A stretch of DNA of 64,000 nt from Takakia lepidozioides (lineage: Eukaryota; Plantae; Bryophyta). Below are positions 60,950 through 64,000 of this stretch, piece after piece. The notes under the pieces were generated by a model that saw only the letters and a program-made list of their open reading frames with translations, ran no database searches and had not been told where the DNA came from. Each line of letters begins with the position of its first letter. The stretch's first letter is position 1. A program made the position numbers and the translations under genes. Location: NCBI GenBank assembly GCA_030704615.1, contig CM060732.1, positions 6,386,001 through 6,450,000 on the forward strand, in the 5' to 3' direction.

Positions 60950-63379
60950 ATCGCATTAAATAGTTGCAGACCCCTCATACGTGCTGTCGGTATGCCACTG
61001 CACGGACAGACTTGTATGCCACTGCACAGACAGTCCAGCAGACGGAAGGTTCAACAGAATGAAGAAGAGACTGAGGCAGACTGGATGAGTGGGACTTTCA
61101 TCAGTCTGCCGTCGCCGCATTCATTAAGTCCAGCAGACTTACTCTTGATGACAAATACGGCCGAGCAGACCCAATATTCTCAACAACAGACTCATATGCC
61201 ATCGCAAGGACAGACTGACGACTGAGGTTAAGTGGACTGACGAAGAGACTGAGGCGAGTGCGGAGTCTGGTGCGGAGATTGATGACGTGACGCGACGTGA
61301 CTGGGCCTCCTTACCGACGTCGTTGCATTTATTGCGTCCAGCAGACTTACACCTAATGACAAAACGGCCGAACAGACCCACTGCAAACAAACTTGCATAA
61401 CAGACTCATATGCCACTACACGGACAGTACAGCAGACGGAAGGTTCAACAGACTCACGAAGAGACTGGCGCAGAGTAATTTGCGCGACAACAGACTGATT
61501 TCTAACAAACTAATATCCCAAAAGACAAACTATCCCCTAGACGGCCGGGTGATACGGGAGTAGAGGCTGAACCGTAAACCGCACTTTCTATCCGAGTTCG
61601 AACGCGGTGCGAGATCATTGGCGCCCCTTCCCGCCGTCGTTGCATTAATAGGTCCAGCAGACTTACACGTGACGGCTCAACAGACCTAGCGCAAATAGAC
61701 TTGCGCCACAGTAGACTAACTTCGTGACAGTCTAGCTGACTGATATCAGAAGAGACCGACAGACCAGCAGTCCGACGGCTCAGCAGACTCACGACAATGC
61801 GGATAATTAAAAGGTAGTAGTTAAACGGACTCATATCTGAAAAGACGGACTTCCAGCTGACCGACGGTTCAACAGACTGACGAGAGAAGAGACTTCGGGG
61901 ATAAGACGAGAGAATAGACTTCGGAATTCGGCAAGCAGTGACGGCCCAGTAGTCCACTGAAGAACAGACTCGCGCCACACCAGATTGGTATCCCTACACA
62001 CCAACAGTCCAGCAAACCAGACTGATATCCCATCAGAACCACACTTGGCGTCGCCGTCATGCCGTGGTTGCATTTCATCCATCCAACAGACTTACATATG
62101 CCCATACTCATAGCACAACACACTGCTTAGAGAAAGTACTGACAAAGACGCAGTCGAAGAGCCTATTGATCCACGCACATTTGCAGTCATAAGGACCTTG
62201 AACATCCACAAGCAACGTGAATCCACATCTCTCAGGCTACGTCTCCTTTCCCATTGTCCAATTTGCAAGGAGTCGGTAATGGTTGAGATATGATGATTCA
62301 GGAGGTGCATCTGGATGTTTGAGGACCTTCGGACTGGATCCTGTTCCGTTCACACTCTTCGCAGTTCCCAGACATGTTGTTGTGGTGGCAGAGACGTCCT
62401 CCCCTGAACAGTCTCATCGATGGACATAAATTCTGCAATGTATACACTCCCCCACGTGCATATGCTTCCGCGATTTCCGCTATCGTGTTACCAATGGTTT
62501 CCTGCTCCATACGAAGGAGCTCGGACTCGGACACACACCACAAACCGTAAACGCATGCAATTTTTCCACATATCGTCCTAAAAAATAACCACGTCAGCAC
62601 AAAACGAAGGCGAAAATAGGGGAAGCATATGCACGATGGTGGCTGTAGAGCCCCGCCAACCTTCTCATGTTCAGGCACACCCTTCATCGTCATTAAAATC
62701 ACCCTAAACAAGAAGAACAGCCGCGTGCGTGCAAAGTCAGCTCCGCAACATTGGACAACAAAGAGCCGCAAGAACGAGACAACAAGAACGAGTGGCCGAG
62801 TTTGTGGCAGGATGTTGCGATTTTCCATGCCCTAAACATGGATGGCGCGGATGGGTTTCTCAGAATGGACGATCCAGATCCTTCGGCTGGCGCGGATTGG
62901 CAGACTGGCAGACTGGGGGCAGTAGACGGGCACAACGGACTGTTGGGTGGACTTGCGGGGACTGGCACAGCGGACTGGCCGGCAGACTGGCGGTTTGGCG
63001 GACTGAGGGGAACTGGATTCACGGACGGACTGGGGGCGCGGCGGAGTGCGGGCGGGGCGACCGCGCGCCCGGGGGGGGGGGGTCCCGGTGGGGGCCGGGC
63101 GTCCGTGCGTGGGGCCCACCGGTCAGCTCGTGTGTGCGCCATAACGTCCCAATTATTGTAAAAGCCTCTCATTTTTTAATAATTGGGACTTGAATGCACC
63201 TATGGGCCCCGCCAGTACGGCCCACCCCCCTTTCACCGGGTCTAGATTCTGAATTTTTTCTAAGTCCTAGATCTTTAAGGGCGGTGGACCTTCTAGCGGA
63301 CTGGCCAAACCCTCAACAAACTGACTCCAACTGACGAGCGGACTGACGAGCGGACTGGCGAGTGGCGAGCGGAACACTG
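60950..63379 (-). mobile_element. Partial hAT-like DNA element with one visible TIR and CAGACT/GACTG-rich internal repeats
   Basis: Terminus CAGTGTTCCGCTCG at 63379 interrupts a SINE; subterminal GACTGACGAGCG repeats at 63320-63370; repeated GTCCAGCAGACTTAC / ACGGxxxxTTCAACAGAC blocks at 61000-62100. No second TIR or transposase was recognised. Confidence 0.55.
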
Positions 63380-63495
63380 CCCAAGGGTAGTGGGAGAAGA
63401 GTAGGAGAAGAGCATACCACACCCGTCAAGTAGCAGGATTTGATCCCAGAATCATCTGGGTGGCATCAGTGCACTAACCAACTGAGTTACTGACT
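63380..63495 (-). mobile_element. tRNA-derived SINE, copy 2 (5' half)
   Basis: AGTCAGTAACTCAGTTGGTTAGTGCACTGATGCCACCCAGATGATTCTGGGATCAAATCC matches 1429-1515 up to CTTGGG, where the hAT-like TIR begins. Confidence 0.7.
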
Positions 63496-64000
63496 CTTGG
63501 TAATAGTTATTGTTTTGAAAATATCAAGTTGCCCCTGGCACCCCAACAATATTTCAAATCTCAATAAAGTCAATAATAATAATAATACCCTGACCCAGCG
63601 GGTAAATCTTTTCACAAAATTCAGGTTACCCTTAGGAAACCACCATACAAAGAGATTAGGCTTACATTGGAAGAAATCTGAGAACCACATAAAGTTATGT
63701 GTGCTTATCATTTTTGTATATTTCGGATATGTTTGTAGGCATTGCCACAGCCTTTTGCAGTTTGCTGCTTGTTCTAATCTAAATTACAAAACAGCCTGTT
63801 AGTGCAGTGTTGCAATAATACTTTTGGAGTTGCACATGGAGAGCATCAGTTGGTTCCCTTGGTTGAAGGAGGCATGATATGTTAGTTGCTCATTACCATA
63901 TCACAAGCCTGTGCTTGATCACCTAAGTAGGTCAGGGTTTGTTACAGCCCAGCTAGAGTAACCTCTCCACTGGTGGCTGCACCGTGGCTCTATACAATTA

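Noticed and set aside
62699-63193. Overlapping Pro/Gly-rich ORFs on both strands
   Set aside because: Expected from high GC content and low stop-codon frequency; no recognisable domain.

Overview
Eukaryotic nuclear DNA, most likely from a non-seed land plant (bryophyte-like TE content); the organism is inferred, not established. There are two apparently intact spliced host genes on the + strand. One is a 5-exon gene (13750-18271) for a Cys-rich, probably thylakoid-lumen (twin-arginine) protein. The other is a choline-transporter-like (CTL/SLC44) gene (~40768-56247) whose introns are packed with LINEs. The rest is nested, mostly decayed mobile DNA: a Sola2-type transposase, at least five Ty3/gypsy lineages (two fragments with PHD-finger integrases, and an 11-kb two-LTR element with a ~990-aa extra ORF), an APE-RT LINE family that inserts at TCT(CT) sites, tRNA-derived SINEs, and hAT/Tc1-type MITEs. 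The most unusual signals are host-regulatory domains carried in or beside TEs: two tandem F-box-like micro-ORFs inside an LTR, FCP1/NIF-type phosphatase domains, an RNA Pol II CTD-like heptad array, and a RING-finger gene. There are also recurrent internal inversions (two of 1.4 and 1.9 kb) and an orphan exon of a GDP-mannose pyrophosphorylase-alpha gene. All alignments and family assignments were made by eye, without database searches.
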